Shown here: positions 1-10,657 of the stretch, piece by piece
Layout of the letters: each line of letters opens with the position of its first letter
Position numbering within the stretch: the first letter of the stretch is position 1
From: Candidatus Bathyarchaeota archaeon
Lineage (GTDB): Archaea > Thermoproteota > Bathyarchaeia > Bathyarchaeales > Bathycorpusculaceae
Length of the DNA stretch: 61,161 nucleotides
Reading direction: 5' to 3'
Assembly: GCA_963777155.1 (NCBI GenBank)
Contig: CAVZPM010000013.1
Location: forward strand, 1-61,161
Position numbers and translations under genes: made by a program
The notes under the pieces: generated by a model
What the model was told of the DNA's origin: nothing
Database searches by the model: none
Seen by the model: only the letters and a program-made list of their open reading frames with translations

Positions 1-2
1 TT

Positions 3-419
3 CCAGTAGTCTCTGACGAAAGCCAAGCCGCATGGATGGAGTATGTCTACATGCAACAACCATGCCCAACCAACGCAACCGGCGTTCCAATCAGCATCAA
101 CGTGCTTGACTCTAACGGCAACTTTAGAGAAATCGGCACAACAACAAGTAAAGCAGACGGCACCTTCTCTTTAACATGGACACCTGACATATCAGGCGAT
201 TACTCTGTTACAGCTATCTTCACAGGCTCAAACTCATACTATCCATCATCGGCATCTACATCATTCCATGCAAGCGATGTAGCCTCGACACCCACACCAA
301 CCCAAGCACCAGCACAATCAGTTGTTGACATGTACTTTGTTCCATCAGTCGCAGCCATAATAATTGCAATAGCCATAGGATTTGCCATAACAATTCTAGT
401 GCTAAAAAAGAGACCGTAA
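3..419 (+). CDS. C-terminal part of a secreted, membrane-anchored PQQ-type beta-propeller protein (5' truncated by window)
   Basis: Frame open from base 3 (PVVSDESQAAWMEYVYMQQPCPTNATGV...). Ig-like segment, PT linker, TM helix and KKRP tail typical of bathyarchaeal PQQ-repeat proteins. Confidence 0.7.
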   Translation, partial: PVVSDESQAAWMEYVYMQQPCPTNATGVPISINVLDSNGNFREIGTTTSKADGTFSLTWTPDISGDYSVTAIFTGSNSYYPSSASTSFHASDVASTPTPTQAPAQSVVDMYFVPSVAAIIIAIAIGFAITILVLKKRP

Positions 420-440
420 ATACACCAAACAAAAACCATT

Positions 441-458
441 CCTCCCTTTTTTTAGTTT
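441..458 (+). terminator. Archaeal oligo-T terminator
   Basis: ctccctttttttagtttc about 20 nt after the stop codon. Confidence 0.4.
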
Positions 459-720
459 CAAAAAAACTTTGAATAAAGTTAACTTAGAAGTTCGTTCAGG
501 CGCCAATTTTGAATAATTCTTCGTTTTTTGATAGGAGGTAGGAAGAAGAGAAGGGGTAGCTTTTGGGTTTGGGGATTAGAAGTCAATAAACAGAAACCAT
601 GAGATTGTTGTCTCAGAGAAAGTTTGACAATAGACTGGTCATAGCCCGTTTTTTCTTTTAAGCATTTATCAGCAACATTTATATTAAGAGTTAAGCTACC
701 AGATAGTAGTAGGCGCACAT

Positions 721-939
721 ATGAAAAAACCAGCTCCAACAAAAGAGCACAGCAAAATAACGAAAGTCCTACTATTTCCCATATTGGCAATATTCTTTCT
801 CGTGGGCTGGAGCTTCTACTGGATCGGACAAAAACAAACAAAACAACCAAAGAAAACAATAGGCAAAACGACATCAAAACAAAAAGAAGAACTCGAACTT
901 ATCGTAATTCCTCAAGAAGAACAAACACTACTATCTTAA
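721..939 (+). CDS. Small single-pass membrane protein
   Basis: 72 aa, one TM segment, Lys-rich; AT-rich TATA-like tttatatta upstream. Confidence 0.6.
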   Translation: MKKPAPTKEHSKITKVLLFPILAIFFLVGWSFYWIGQKQTKQPKKTIGKTTSKQKEELELIVIPQEEQTLLS

Positions 940-1079
940 TCAATAAGCTAAACTTCGAAGATATTTGATCAAAACTAATTTTTACGACTAACTCCTTAGA
1001 CCTTCAACATGCCAGCTATAGTAATTCTTAAAAGGGCTATGGACTAATCATTAAGCTTATTCGCGAGGAAGACAGAGGT

Positions 1080-2705
1080 TTGGCATCAGCAGTATCGGGC
1101 AGGAAAATCGTTTTAACCGCATCCGCTACAGAAATGAGCGATTTTTTCAATAATCCTTTCATAGCATTCGTGGGAGGCTTCGGCAAAGGCCCCATTCCCT
1201 TATCATACGTGAGAAAAACGCTTTATCCACACCGCCCAAAAAGAGCCGATGGACAGGCTAGCTACGTTCCTTATGGATTGCGCAAAGTCGAATCCATACT
1301 ACTTGAAGGCGGATTTTCTCCAGACGACATCGCAGTTGCATATCCGGAAGATTTAGACTTATTCATCGGTCCAGACACAAAAGTTGTAGGCATATCCTCA
1401 ATGGACCCAACAGGTATGGGCTATGTAAGCAAAACCTACAGCTCAATAGTTGGCGGCGGCGAACCGATGAACCGCATAGAATTCAAAAAACTCGTCACAC
1501 ATCCTGCAATCAAAAAGTATAGGCCAAAAATCATCGTGGGCGGGTATGGTTCATGGCAACTTGAACGTCAACACGTCTCTGAAAGCTACGGTGTAGATTG
1601 TGTCCTCATGGGCGGTCGACCTACCCCGATCGTTGAGCTTTTCAAAAAAGCCATAAACGGTGAACCAATTCCGCGTATAGCAAAAGCGGATGAATCACTG
1701 GATAACTGGAACTACAACGAAGAGATGCCGCTTATTAAGAATGTGGCTATTCATGGAGCTGTAGAAATCTCAAAAGGTTGCGGTCGAAACTGCCAATTCT
1801 GCACGCCCACAATGCAACATAAAATTGATGTTCCGCTTGAAAAAATCATGAAAGAAGTCGCCTTAAGCACCGCTCAGGGCAGCGACCACATAACCCTGAT
1901 AACAGAAGACCTATTTCTCTATGGCGCAACAGACAAACACTTCATCCCTAACCGCGAAGCAATAGTTAAACTGGTTAGCAGCGTCGCAAAACATCCCGGA
2001 GTCAAAAGCATTCAAGCAGCACACATGTCTCTGGCCCCAATATGGCATGACCCACTCATGATTAAGCAACTTGCCGAAATCCTCATCGAGAAAAGCTGGT
2101 ATTCATTTGGCAAGAAACCAATTATCACCGCTGAGACTGGCGTTGAAACTGGTAGTCCACGCCTAATGAAGAAGTACATGGCAGGCAAAATGTTACCCTT
2201 TAAGCCTGAACAATGGCAAGACGTAGTAACCAACGCTTTCGGCATCCTAAACGATAATGACTGGTACCCGTTGGCAACCTTGATTATTGGGTTGCCTGAT
2301 GAAAAAGAAGAAGACATGTTACAGACACTTGAGTTGATGGATAAACTCAAAGGCTACAATGCATTCTATGTTCCCCTCTTCTTTGTGCCACTCGAAAACT
2401 GCGTGCTGATGAACAAAAAGGGCGCAGAAATGGATTCACTCTCCAAAGCACGTTGGGACTTCTTCATCAAATGCTGGGAATACAACGTTAAAATCTGGAA
2501 ACCAACCTTCCTGGAAAACCGCATATCCAACCCACTGCTCTACAAAACCTTCGACAACTTCATCATTCCATACTTCGGCAAAATCTTAGGCACATACTAT
2601 GGCCTAACACGTGGGGAAAAGAGCGAACAACTAAAACAAGCTGTGTGGCAGTTAAGTATGCCTATGCCTGAGCCGACAAAAAGGCAAATAAAAGATAAGG
2701 TTTAA
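1080..2705 (+). CDS. B12-binding-domain radical SAM protein (archaeal PYGLRK family)
   Basis: CxxxCxxC motif (GCGRNCQFC), VPYGLRKVE, IIVGGYGSWQ and GVETGS motifs. Confidence 0.85.
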   Translation: MASAVSGRKIVLTASATEMSDFFNNPFIAFVGGFGKGPIPLSYVRKTLYPHRPKRADGQASYVPYGLRKVESILLEGGFSPDDIAVAYPEDLDLFIGPDTKVVGISSMDPTGMGYVSKTYSSIVGGGEPMNRIEFKKLVTHPAIKKYRPKIIVGGYGSWQLERQHVSESYGVDCVLMGGRPTPIVELFKKAINGEPIPRIAKADESLDNWNYNEEMPLIKNVAIHGAVEISKGCGRNCQFCTPTMQHKIDVPLEKIMKEVALSTAQGSDHITLITEDLFLYGATDKHFIPNREAIVKLVSSVAKHPGVKSIQAAHMSLAPIWHDPLMIKQLAEILIEKSWYSFGKKPIITAETGVETGSPRLMKKYMAGKMLPFKPEQWQDVVTNAFGILNDNDWYPLATLIIGLPDEKEEDMLQTLELMDKLKGYNAFYVPLFFVPLENCVLMNKKGAEMDSLSKARWDFFIKCWEYNVKIWKPTFLENRISNPLLYKTFDNFIIPYFGKILGTYYGLTRGEKSEQLKQAVWQLSMPMPEPTKRQIKDKV

Positions 2706-3597
2706 GCAGTTTCTTTTTCTACTAACTCTTCAATGTTTTCTTCTTGCTCTATTGGTTTCTCAACTGTTACCTCAGGCATTGCCTCTTGTAAAAATGAATG
2801 CGAAGATTCTTGGGTTGGCGGCTTCAGGATTTTTCTTGCATGTGTAATGTAGCCAGTATGACCAGTCATCATCGTGTTAGGTCGAGTTTTTCCACGTTCC
2901 ACCTGCATTGTCCGCATTAAGCACTCAACGGTCTCGATAAAGACAAAACCATTTTCTTTTAGAGCCTCAGTGGTTTTTACTACTTGATCAATGGTTGGGC
3001 TAAAGGAGACGATAATGCCGGAGGGTTTAAGTGCTGAAAAAGCATGTGGAACAACCAGCCATGGAACAGCAAGGTCCAAAATCACCGCGTCAGCATCGCG
3101 TTCCTCGTATCCGGTAACTGTAACATCGCCGCTTTTCATCTCCACACGGTCAATTAGTTTTGAACGCTCTAGATTCTTTCGTGCGTTCTTTTGGAATTCA
3201 GGACGCAACTCATAAGTGTAGACTTTCCCTTGGATCCAACGTAATGTGCCAAGGCTGTGGTCAATGAACCTGTGCCTGTTCCCGATTCGACAACGCGGCT
3301 TCCAGGTCCAATGCCGCTGAACATAACTATTAAGGCCGCGTCTTTGGGGTATATGATCTGGGTGTTGCGACTGGATTTCATGATATAGTCAGTTAAAGCT
3401 GGTTTTAGGGTGGCAAAGTATATGCCGAGGCTGCTTTTGATTGGTTCACCGTATTCTTTGCCGATGACTTCGTCAAGTTTTATGTAGCCTTTGTGGGTGT
3501 GGAAGGTTTGACCTGATTGCATCTTTATCATGTAGGTTCGGCGTGCATCCAAATAAATTAAAACGTTGTCGCCATCGCAAATTTTTTCGTTAGCCAA
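2702..3597 (-). CDS. trmI: tRNA (adenine-N1)-methyltransferase TrmI/GCD14, one frameshift near 3225
   Basis: TQIIYPKD, VVESGTGTGSLT, DAVILDLAVPW and GHTGY motifs. Adding one A in gggaaagtc restores KVYTYELRPEF. Confidence 0.9.
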
Positions 3598-3774
3598 CTA
3601 TTTTGCCTCGTTTGGAAGAGAAACGGGTTTGATCCATTTAAGCTTTGAATCTTTTCGACTTAAAAATGCTGAGTACTTGATATCTTGAGTTGTCTTTGGC
3701 AAATTTACAAATAATAAAAAATGTGTTTTGAATAATTCTTATATTTGCGTATAGATGTATGAGCTCTAAAGCGA

Positions 3775-4002
3775 TTGGTGTCAATGAGTCGACCTAAACG
3801 CAAAAAGTTTTTCACTATATGGACGCAAAGCCAGTTTCCTCTCGCGTTAGATCAGTCGCTTATTTATGCTTTGGAGGACCAGGCAATACGGGAAATCAAC
3901 AAAAACATAGTCGGCCAAACGTCTATTGCAAATCTGCGCGATAATATATGCTTGAAAGGATTAATGTCGGTAAAACCCGAATCTGTCAAAATGATTCATT
4001 GA
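3775..4002 (+). pseudogene. C-terminal fragment paralogous to the adjacent substrate-binding protein
   Basis: QFPLALDQSLIYALEDQA...GLMSVKPESVKMI aligns with QFGLSLDQSLIAAMESEA...GLMSVKPESVNII at the end of 4430..5041. Confidence 0.6.
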
Positions 4003-4011
4003 GGGAAAAAG

Positions 4012-5041
4012 ATGAAAATCAGGATAGGAAAAAGAAGCGCAATTACCCTAATCGTTATCGTAGTTGCGACGACATTAATTTCAAGTTTGTTCCTATACCA
4101 CCTAAATGAAAAAACAAACGGAAAAAGTGAATCTATCAATGTAGCGTATGCAAACTTTGAGTCCCTTGCACTTTTCTGGATTGCCCAAGATCAGGATTTT
4201 TTCAGTCAAAACAACCTTAACGTAACATCACATAAGTACGATACAGGAGTTGGTTCTTTGAATGCATTGTTGAAGGGTGAGGCAGACATTGCTGTGGGAC
4301 CAGCCGAGTTCCCTTTGATAGGCAAAGCATTGCATAATGAAAAAATTAAAACAATCGGAAGCATTGATAAAATCGATTTCATTTATCTAATCGGTCGAAG
4401 GGATCGAGGAATCGATTCGGTTTCAGATCTTGCACGGTAAAAGAGTTGGGACAACAGTAGGAACAGTCTCAGAATTCTATTTGGGAAGACTTCTCAACTT
4501 AAACGGGTTGAATATACAGAATATAACTCTCGTTGACGTAAGGACTCCTACAGATTGGGTAAACGCCGTTGTAAATGGGACCATTGACGCAGTTGTGACT
4601 GCACAACCCTATGCTAATTCAGCTAAAGATGCTCTAGGTGATAATGCTTTTGTTTGGAAGGCACAGAGCAACCAGCTTCAGTACGCCCTAATGATTTCCT
4701 CTGATGTATGGATAAGAACCCATCCGAAAATAGTTGACAATTTTCTTAAGTCTCTGCTACAAGCTGAGGAGTTTACAAACAATTCCCCCACTCAAGCCAA
4801 AACAATCGTTAAGGAACATATGAATTTCACTGAGGGCTACATCGAGACAGTCTGGAAACAGAATCAGTTCGGTCTTTCGCTGGACCAATCGCTTATTGCT
4901 GCAATGGAGAGTGAGGCAAGATGGATAATAGACAACAACCTCACCAACCAAACCCGCATCCCCAACTTCGTAGATTACATATACTTGGATGGTTTGATGT
5001 CTGTCAAGCCAGAATCTGTTAATATAATTTCATCGAGGTAG
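4012..5041 (+). CDS. NMT1/SsuA/NrtA-type substrate-binding protein, frameshift near 4430
   Basis: N-terminal TM anchor; IAQDQDFF, GEADIAV and DLxGKRVGTTVGT motifs; the two ORFs join at SDL-HGKRV. Confidence 0.8.
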
Positions 5042-5048
5042 AGGAAAA

Positions 5049-7721
5049 ACGAAAATAAAAAATCAGTTCATAATATGCATCGTTGTCTTTAGTGTAATAT
5101 TGCTTGTCATAGCTGTGTCCGTTGTTAATACAGAACAACAAGTCGCGCAACTCAGTGCTCAAGAAGAAACATCTAGCAAAATCGAACGCTCAGCAAGCAG
5201 CTTAAACAGTATATCAATCGATTACTTTCTCTACCAAGAGGATTATCTGCAACTTCCAAAATGGAATAATACGCTCGCCTCACTCGCCAATGAATTATCA
5301 AACTTAAAACTCAATAATCTACAGCAACAAGCACTAGCCAACAACATTGAAAGTGACTTAAATAACTTAAATCAGACTTTTGCCCAAGTAATTACCTACT
5401 TACAAAACGCCTCCCGAACAGTAAGCGTTCGGATTGACCCTGCATTCCAAGCAAGATGGAGCAGTATGGCACTTCAAAGTCAAGCACTTGCCTTCGACTC
5501 ATCGCAACTATCAAATTCTTTAGACAACCAAGCCCACCAAGCGAATGAAATCAATAGCCTACTCATTGTCTCGTTAGCTGGTACTTTCGGAGCTTTCTTG
5601 GGAACTATTTACCTCATTGTTTTTCGCAGAACCTTAAAATCGGTCGGTGATCTCCAAAACGGAATCAACACAATCGGTTCCGGAAATCTCGACTACTCAA
5701 TAAAAATTGAAGGACAAAACGAAATAACTGAACTCTCTAAGGCTTTCAACCAAATGACTTTGAACCTGAAAAATGTAACCGCCTCCAAAATAGATCTTGA
5801 ACAAGCACAAAATTCTCTTCGCGAAAGCGAGCAACGATGGGTAACCACGTTAGCAAGCATCGGCGATGCCGTCATCGCTACTGACACTTTGGGTAGAGTT
5901 ATGTTCATGAATGGTGTAGCACAGCAACTTACTGGTTGGTCACTTAATGATGCTTCGCTTAAGCCTATAAGCGAAGTTTTCAACATCGTTAACGAGCAAA
6001 CCCGCCTGGAAGTTGAAAACCCTGTTAGGAAAGTGCTCGAGAAGGGCATGATTGTCGGACTTGCAAACCATACGATTTTGATAAAGAAAGACGCAACTGA
6101 AGTTCCCATCGATGATAGTGGAGCACCCATAAAGGATAAGGATGGTAAAACCAACGGCGTTGTGTTAATATTTAGGGATATTACAGAGCGCAAGAAAATT
6201 GAGAAAACACTACAGGAAAACGAAGTTAAGTTCCGGACAGTTGCTGACTTCACGTATAATTGGGAGTACTGGATAGCACCAGATGGCCACATGGTCTACG
6301 TTTCACCTTCATGCAAAAGAGTCACTGGCTATGAATCAGAAGAATACATAAAAGACCCCACACTTCTCAATAAAATTATTTATCCCGAAGATAAAAATGT
6401 GGTCGGACAACATTTTGACTTGATAAGCTCAGATGAAATGCACGATGTCAATTTCCGAATCGTAACTCTCTCAGGAGAGGTACGCTGGATTTCACATTCA
6501 TGTCGGGCAGTGTTTGATGCTGATGGTAAATGGATAGGTCGACGCGCCAGCAACCGCGATATAACCCAACGCAAAAAAGCGGACGTAGCAATTCAAGAAA
6601 GCGAAGAACGTTTCTCCAAAGCTTTCCACAACAGTCCAGTCCCACAAATTATCACTCGTTTTAGTGATTGGCACTATATCGATGCAAACGACAGTGTATT
6701 GAATTTACTCGGATATAGACGTGAAGAACTAATTGGACACACTTCTATCGAACTAAACCTCATCCCAACAAACAGCCGCAGTCAAGGTATACGAATGGTC
6801 AATGAAGAAGGCGAACTGCGTGACTTTGAAACCGATGTCCGAACAAAAACAGGCAAAATCATCACCGTACTCTCATCCACCGAAACAATCACTCTTAACG
6901 GACAAAAACACCTAATCAACACATTCATAGATATTACAATGCGTAAACAAATGCAGGCTAAACTGGAAGAATACAGCAAACACTTAGAGGAATTGGTAGA
7001 AGAAAGAACAAAGCAGCTCAAGGATTCTGAGCGTTTAGCAGCTATTGGAGCGACAGCTGGAATGGTGGGACATGACATAAGGAATCCATTGCAGGCTATA
7101 ACCGGCGATGTGTACTTGGCTAAAACGGAATTAGAGGGAATTCCTGATGGCGAAGGAAAAGAGAACGCTTTGGAGAGTCTGCGTGAGATTGAGAAGAACA
7201 TTGATTACATCAACAAGATTGTAGCTGATCTACAAGATTTTGCGCGACCGATGAAACCACATATGGAAGAAGCTGACTTAAAACTTATTATCGATGAACT
7301 GTTGAGAAAAAACGGGTTGCCTTCGGACATTAAAGTAAGCGTTAAGGTGCAGGCTGAAGCTAGAAAAATTGTAGCTGACAGCGCTTATCTAAACCGTATC
7401 CTCTATAACTTGGTCACCAATGCTGTTCAAGCGATGCCAAAAGGCGGAAAAATTATCATCCACGTTACTAAAGACAAAAAAACAGATGACGCAGTCATAA
7501 CAGTTGAGGATACGGGCGTAGGGATTCCTGAGGGCGCAAAGGACAAATTATTCACTCCGATGTTCACCACAAAATCTAAAGGTCAAGGATTCGGCTTGGC
7601 AGTGATCAAACGGATGGCAGAGGCGTTGAAGGGCACTGTCTCTTTTGAGAGCCAAGAGGGAAAGGGAACAAAATTCATCGTGCGATTACCCCAAAATATC
7701 AAGAAAGAAACAAACATATAG
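5049..7721 (+). CDS. Membrane sensor histidine kinase (2 TM, HAMP, 3 PAS/PAC, HisKA, HATPase_c)
   Basis: EITELSKAFNQM HAMP; RDITERK PAC ends; GHDIRNPL H-box; NLVTNA, DTGVG, PMFTTK and GFGL boxes. Start placed at ACG 5049 behind a GAGG RBS (ORF track uses TTG 5100). Confidence 0.9.
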   Translation, partial: TKIKNQFIICIVVFSVILLVIAVSVVNTEQQVAQLSAQEETSSKIERSASSLNSISIDYFLYQEDYLQLPKWNNTLASLANELSNLKLNNLQQQALANNIESDLNNLNQTFAQVITYLQNASRTVSVRIDPAFQARWSSMALQSQALAFDSSQLSNSLDNQAHQANEINSLLIVSLAGTFGAFLGTIYLIVFRRTLKSVGDLQNGINTIGSGNLDYSIKIEGQNEITELSKAFNQMTLNLKNVTASKIDLEQAQNSLRESEQRWVTTLASIGDAVIATDTLGRVMFMNGVAQQLTGWSLNDASLKPISEVFNIVNEQTRLEVENPVRKVLEKGMIVGLANHTILIKKDATEVPIDDSGAPIKDKDGKTNGVVLIFRDITERKKIEKTLQENEVKFRTVADFTYNWEYWIAPDGHMVYVSPSCKRVTGYESEEYIKDPTLLNKIIYPEDKNVVGQHFDLISSDEMHDVNFRIVTLSGEVRWISHSCRAVFDADGKWIGRRASNRDITQRKKADVAIQESEERFSKAFHNSPVPQIITRFSDWHYIDANDSVLNLLGYRREELIGHTSIELNLIPTNSRSQGIRMVNEEGELRDFETDVRTKTGKIITVLSSTETITLNGQKHLINTFIDITMRKQMQAKLEEYSKHLEELVEERTKQLKDSERLAAIGATAGMVGHDIRNPLQAITGDVYLAKTELEGIPDGEGKENALESLREIEKNIDYINKIVADLQDFARPMKPHMEEADLKLIIDELLRKNGLPSDIKVSVKVQAEARKIVADSAYLNRILYNLVTNAVQAMPKGGKIIIHVTKDKKTDDAVITVEDTGVGIPEGAKDKLFTPMFTTKSKGQGFGLAVIKRMAEALKGTVSFESQEGKGTKFIVRLPQNIKKETNI

Positions 7722-7764
7722 GGCGCCTTCAGCTCAACCCTTTTTCTCTAAGATAACCCAAAGA

Positions 7765-8229
7765 TTAGACAATGTATTTGTCTGTTTTTTCGAAATCTCG
7801 AACAATCTCCATCACACGCTTCGGCGCGTTTATAGGTCCAAGCGGAATGTCCTTAAGCAGAACCCACGGCGACTTCCGAGCAACTACTGTGGCGATATGC
7901 GTATCCCCGAAGCATTTCTTTGCCACTTCAACAACTTGTTGCCTAACACCTGTTTCTGACATTTCGCCCAACGCATGCAAATACTCATGCAATAAGAGGT
8001 TATAGACTAACGCGTTAATGGTTGGCTTGTCACTAATGGACACCTCAACTATATCCACAAGTGTTCTGTTCAAAACAATGTTGTTAGTTCCTACAGGGTA
8101 GTAGGCACCTAACTGGAGAGGCAAATCATCTAGAAAAAGCATCATGCTATCCCGGCGTTTGCCAAAAGCGCATTCAACGGATTCCTTGACGATTTTCCAA
8201 ACTTCAGCATAGTTTTTAGCTTCATCCAA
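7765..8229 (-). CDS. Conserved archaeal protein with HExxH zinc-metallopeptidase-like motif
   Basis: LLLHEYLHALG; start may lie about 14 codons further upstream. Confidence 0.7.
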   Translation of the reverse strand: MDEAKNYAEVWKIVKESVECAFGKRRDSMMLFLDDLPLQLGAYYPVGTNNIVLNRTLVDIVEVSISDKPTINALVYNLLLHEYLHALGEMSETGVRQQVVEVAKKCFGDTHIATVVARKSPWVLLKDIPLGPINAPKRVMEIVRDFEKTDKYIV

Positions 8230-8420
8230 TATTGCCGAGTAATACTCGACCGGTTTCGATTCATTGTTCAGAAGCAGTCGCCTTCAAAGAGATGATAAAA
8301 GAATCAAGCCTTTAAGCCCTTCTTTCGAATATTCATATTTTGGTAGGGTTTCACTACATATGTGGGTTATGGGTAAAGAACAAAAGCCACCTACTGACTT
8401 ATTTAATTAAAGGCATCAAG

Positions 8421-9917
8421 ATGAAAAATCAAATTCTGATTGATGGACGGTGGCAAGACTCACTATCTCAAGAAACATATACTAGGGTTAATCCTGCTAA
8501 CCCAGATGAGATCTTAGGGGATTTTCAGAAAGGGAACTCAGAGGACATGAAACATGCCATAGACGCTGCGGATGATGCCTTCCAAGCGTGGTCTGATACT
8601 CCTCCTACTGAGAGGGCAAAGTACTTGCTGAGGGCAGGAGAAATCTTGGAACAGCAGAAGCAGGAACTGTCTCTGATAATTACCAAGGAGATGGGAAAAA
8701 CTCTACGAGATTCCACCGGAGAGATTCAACATACAATAGATTTGGCACACTATGTCGCTGCTGAGGGTAGACGGTTGCTTGGAGAAACTTCCACCTCCGA
8801 GCAGAGAGGGGTTTTCAATTTTACCATGAAGCTACCGATAGGCGTTATAGGCTTGATTACCCCATGGAACTTTCCAATTTTTATAGCTGCGAGAAAGATT
8901 TTCTACTCACTCGTATGTGGAAACACAGTTGTCCTAAAACCATCTTCGGAGGCTCCGCAATGTGCAACAAAACTATTTGAAATTCTCCAAAAAACAGGCA
9001 TACCAGACGGGGTCATAAATTTTGTAACTGGGTCTGGCGAAGTAATTGGTAACACTCTGATAACAGATGACCGAGTTCGAATGATATCTTTCTGTGGGCA
9101 CAAAGATACAGGCGCTAAAATAATGAAGGGTGCGGGTCCAAAGCGTGTGAGCTTGGAGTTGGGTGGCAAGAATCCACTTATTATAATGGATGATGCCGAT
9201 GTAGGCCTTGCTGTAGCCGCTCTTGTTTGGGGTGGATATTCGACCACTGGACAGAGGTGTACAGCTTCCTCTAGAGTTATTGTTCATGAAAAGATAAAGG
9301 AAAAAGTCGAGAGAATTGCTGTTGAGAAAATAAGAAAACTCAGAATTGGAGATGGATTGGATCCGCAGACTGACATAGGTCCGTTGGTTAACCAGAAAGC
9401 ATTGAATAAAACCAAAGAATACTGCCAAATGGGCAAAGAAGAAGGCGCGAAACTGCTCACAGGTGGACAAGCACCCGAACAACTTAAAGGATGGTACTTT
9501 GAACCCACCCTTTTTACCAATTGCAAAGCGGATATGAGAATCTGCAAAGAGGAAATCTTTGGACCAGTCGTATCAATAATCTCGGCGAAGAATTTGGAGG
9601 AAGCCATTGAAATTGCTAATTCAGTGGATTATGGACTATCTTCAGCTATTTACACTGCCAGTATCGAAAGCGCTTTGGTTGCAATCAAGAAGCTTCAGGC
9701 AGGTCTAACCTACGTAAACCACCCGACGATTGGAAGTCAAGTGCATATGCCTTTTGGAGGGGTCAAATTCTCTGGAAACAACCGAGAAGGCGGCGCTGAA
9801 GGTATAAACGAGTTTACAGAACTAAAAACTGTCTGCATAAACTATCAAAATGACCAAGAATCGGTGAAGTCAAAAGCTCATAATAACTATAGAGATCTAT
9901 TCCAAGGAAAACCATAA
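8421..9917 (+). CDS. NAD(P)-dependent aldehyde dehydrogenase
   Basis: ITPWNFP, LELGGKNP, catalytic GQRCTA, EEIFGPV and PFGGVKFSG motifs; likely start MKNQILIDG. Confidence 0.95.
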   Translation: MKNQILIDGRWQDSLSQETYTRVNPANPDEILGDFQKGNSEDMKHAIDAADDAFQAWSDTPPTERAKYLLRAGEILEQQKQELSLIITKEMGKTLRDSTGEIQHTIDLAHYVAAEGRRLLGETSTSEQRGVFNFTMKLPIGVIGLITPWNFPIFIAARKIFYSLVCGNTVVLKPSSEAPQCATKLFEILQKTGIPDGVINFVTGSGEVIGNTLITDDRVRMISFCGHKDTGAKIMKGAGPKRVSLELGGKNPLIIMDDADVGLAVAALVWGGYSTTGQRCTASSRVIVHEKIKEKVERIAVEKIRKLRIGDGLDPQTDIGPLVNQKALNKTKEYCQMGKEEGAKLLTGGQAPEQLKGWYFEPTLFTNCKADMRICKEEIFGPVVSIISAKNLEEAIEIANSVDYGLSSAIYTASIESALVAIKKLQAGLTYVNHPTIGSQVHMPFGGVKFSGNNREGGAEGINEFTELKTVCINYQNDQESVKSKAHNNYRDLFQGKP

Positions 9918-9958
9918 AGTTCTGCTGCTTTAGCATACACTGAGTAGGCTTCACCTAA

Positions 9959-10612
9959 TTAGGAGAAGCTGTCCCCATATACGCTTCTGAATTTTTTGAA
10001 GGTACGAGCGCAATCTAGGCAGTCAAAACTGTAGAGTTTATTATCGATGGTTTCTATGATTGGTCTCTCGTTGATTTGTTTTGAACACATAGCACATATA
10101 ACTCCCTTTTTGCCTTGATTCTCCTCTTCTTGTCTTTGGGTCTTTGCTATTTGACCAGCGGGGAATTGGAACAGGTCTTTGTTTTGAAGCAGAATCCCAT
10201 GAGCCAATCGTAGAAGTTCTTCTTTGTTTTCAAAAGAGACTTGTTCTTGTCTGCCTAGATCTACCTTTTTGCCTTCTAGATCGAGAACGATTTTTCTTCC
10301 TAGGTCTCTGTGTCTAAAATAGAGGAATTTTTTGCCGCCGAATTCTCTTGCTAATCTGATTTCTTTGAGCACTTCAGCTGATAGGTTAAATCCGGGGGTA
10401 ATTAACAAAATGAAGACTTTGCTTTCAGACAATGCTTGGTCTCGAATTTGTATCCATTCTTCGACGCCATCAGTCATTTTTGGTATATCTTTGCTATCTA
10501 AAAATATGTGGTATCCAAGTTCTTCTAGACCTGATTTTAGGTGATCAGCGAAATCTTTGCCGCTGCTCTTTTTGTGGCATAGAAAAATGTCAAATGGTCT
10601 ATGATTACCCAT
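9959..10612 (-). CDS. TIR-domain protein with C-terminal TRASH/YHS metal-binding domain
   Basis: FDIFLCHKKSSGKDFADHL..IFLD and SAEVLKEIRLA (TIR); CAMC...YSFDCLDCARTF (TRASH). Confidence 0.8.
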   Translation of the reverse strand: MGNHRPFDIFLCHKKSSGKDFADHLKSGLEELGYHIFLDSKDIPKMTDGVEEWIQIRDQALSESKVFILLITPGFNLSAEVLKEIRLAREFGGKKFLYFRHRDLGRKIVLDLEGKKVDLGRQEQVSFENKEELLRLAHGILLQNKDLFQFPAGQIAKTQRQEEENQGKKGVICAMCSKQINERPIIETIDNKLYSFDCLDCARTFKKFRSVYGDSFS

Positions 10613-10657
10613 ATGTTACTATTAGTCTGTTTCGTTTTTAATACTATTGCTAGATTG

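Noticed and set aside
2702-3597. Programmed ribosomal frameshifting in trmI and other split genes
   Set aside because: No shared slippery-site or structure pattern; indels are numerous and typical of sequencing error
9959-10612. Thoeris or CBASS defence system
   Set aside because: No ThsA-type effector, cyclase or other defence gene adjacent
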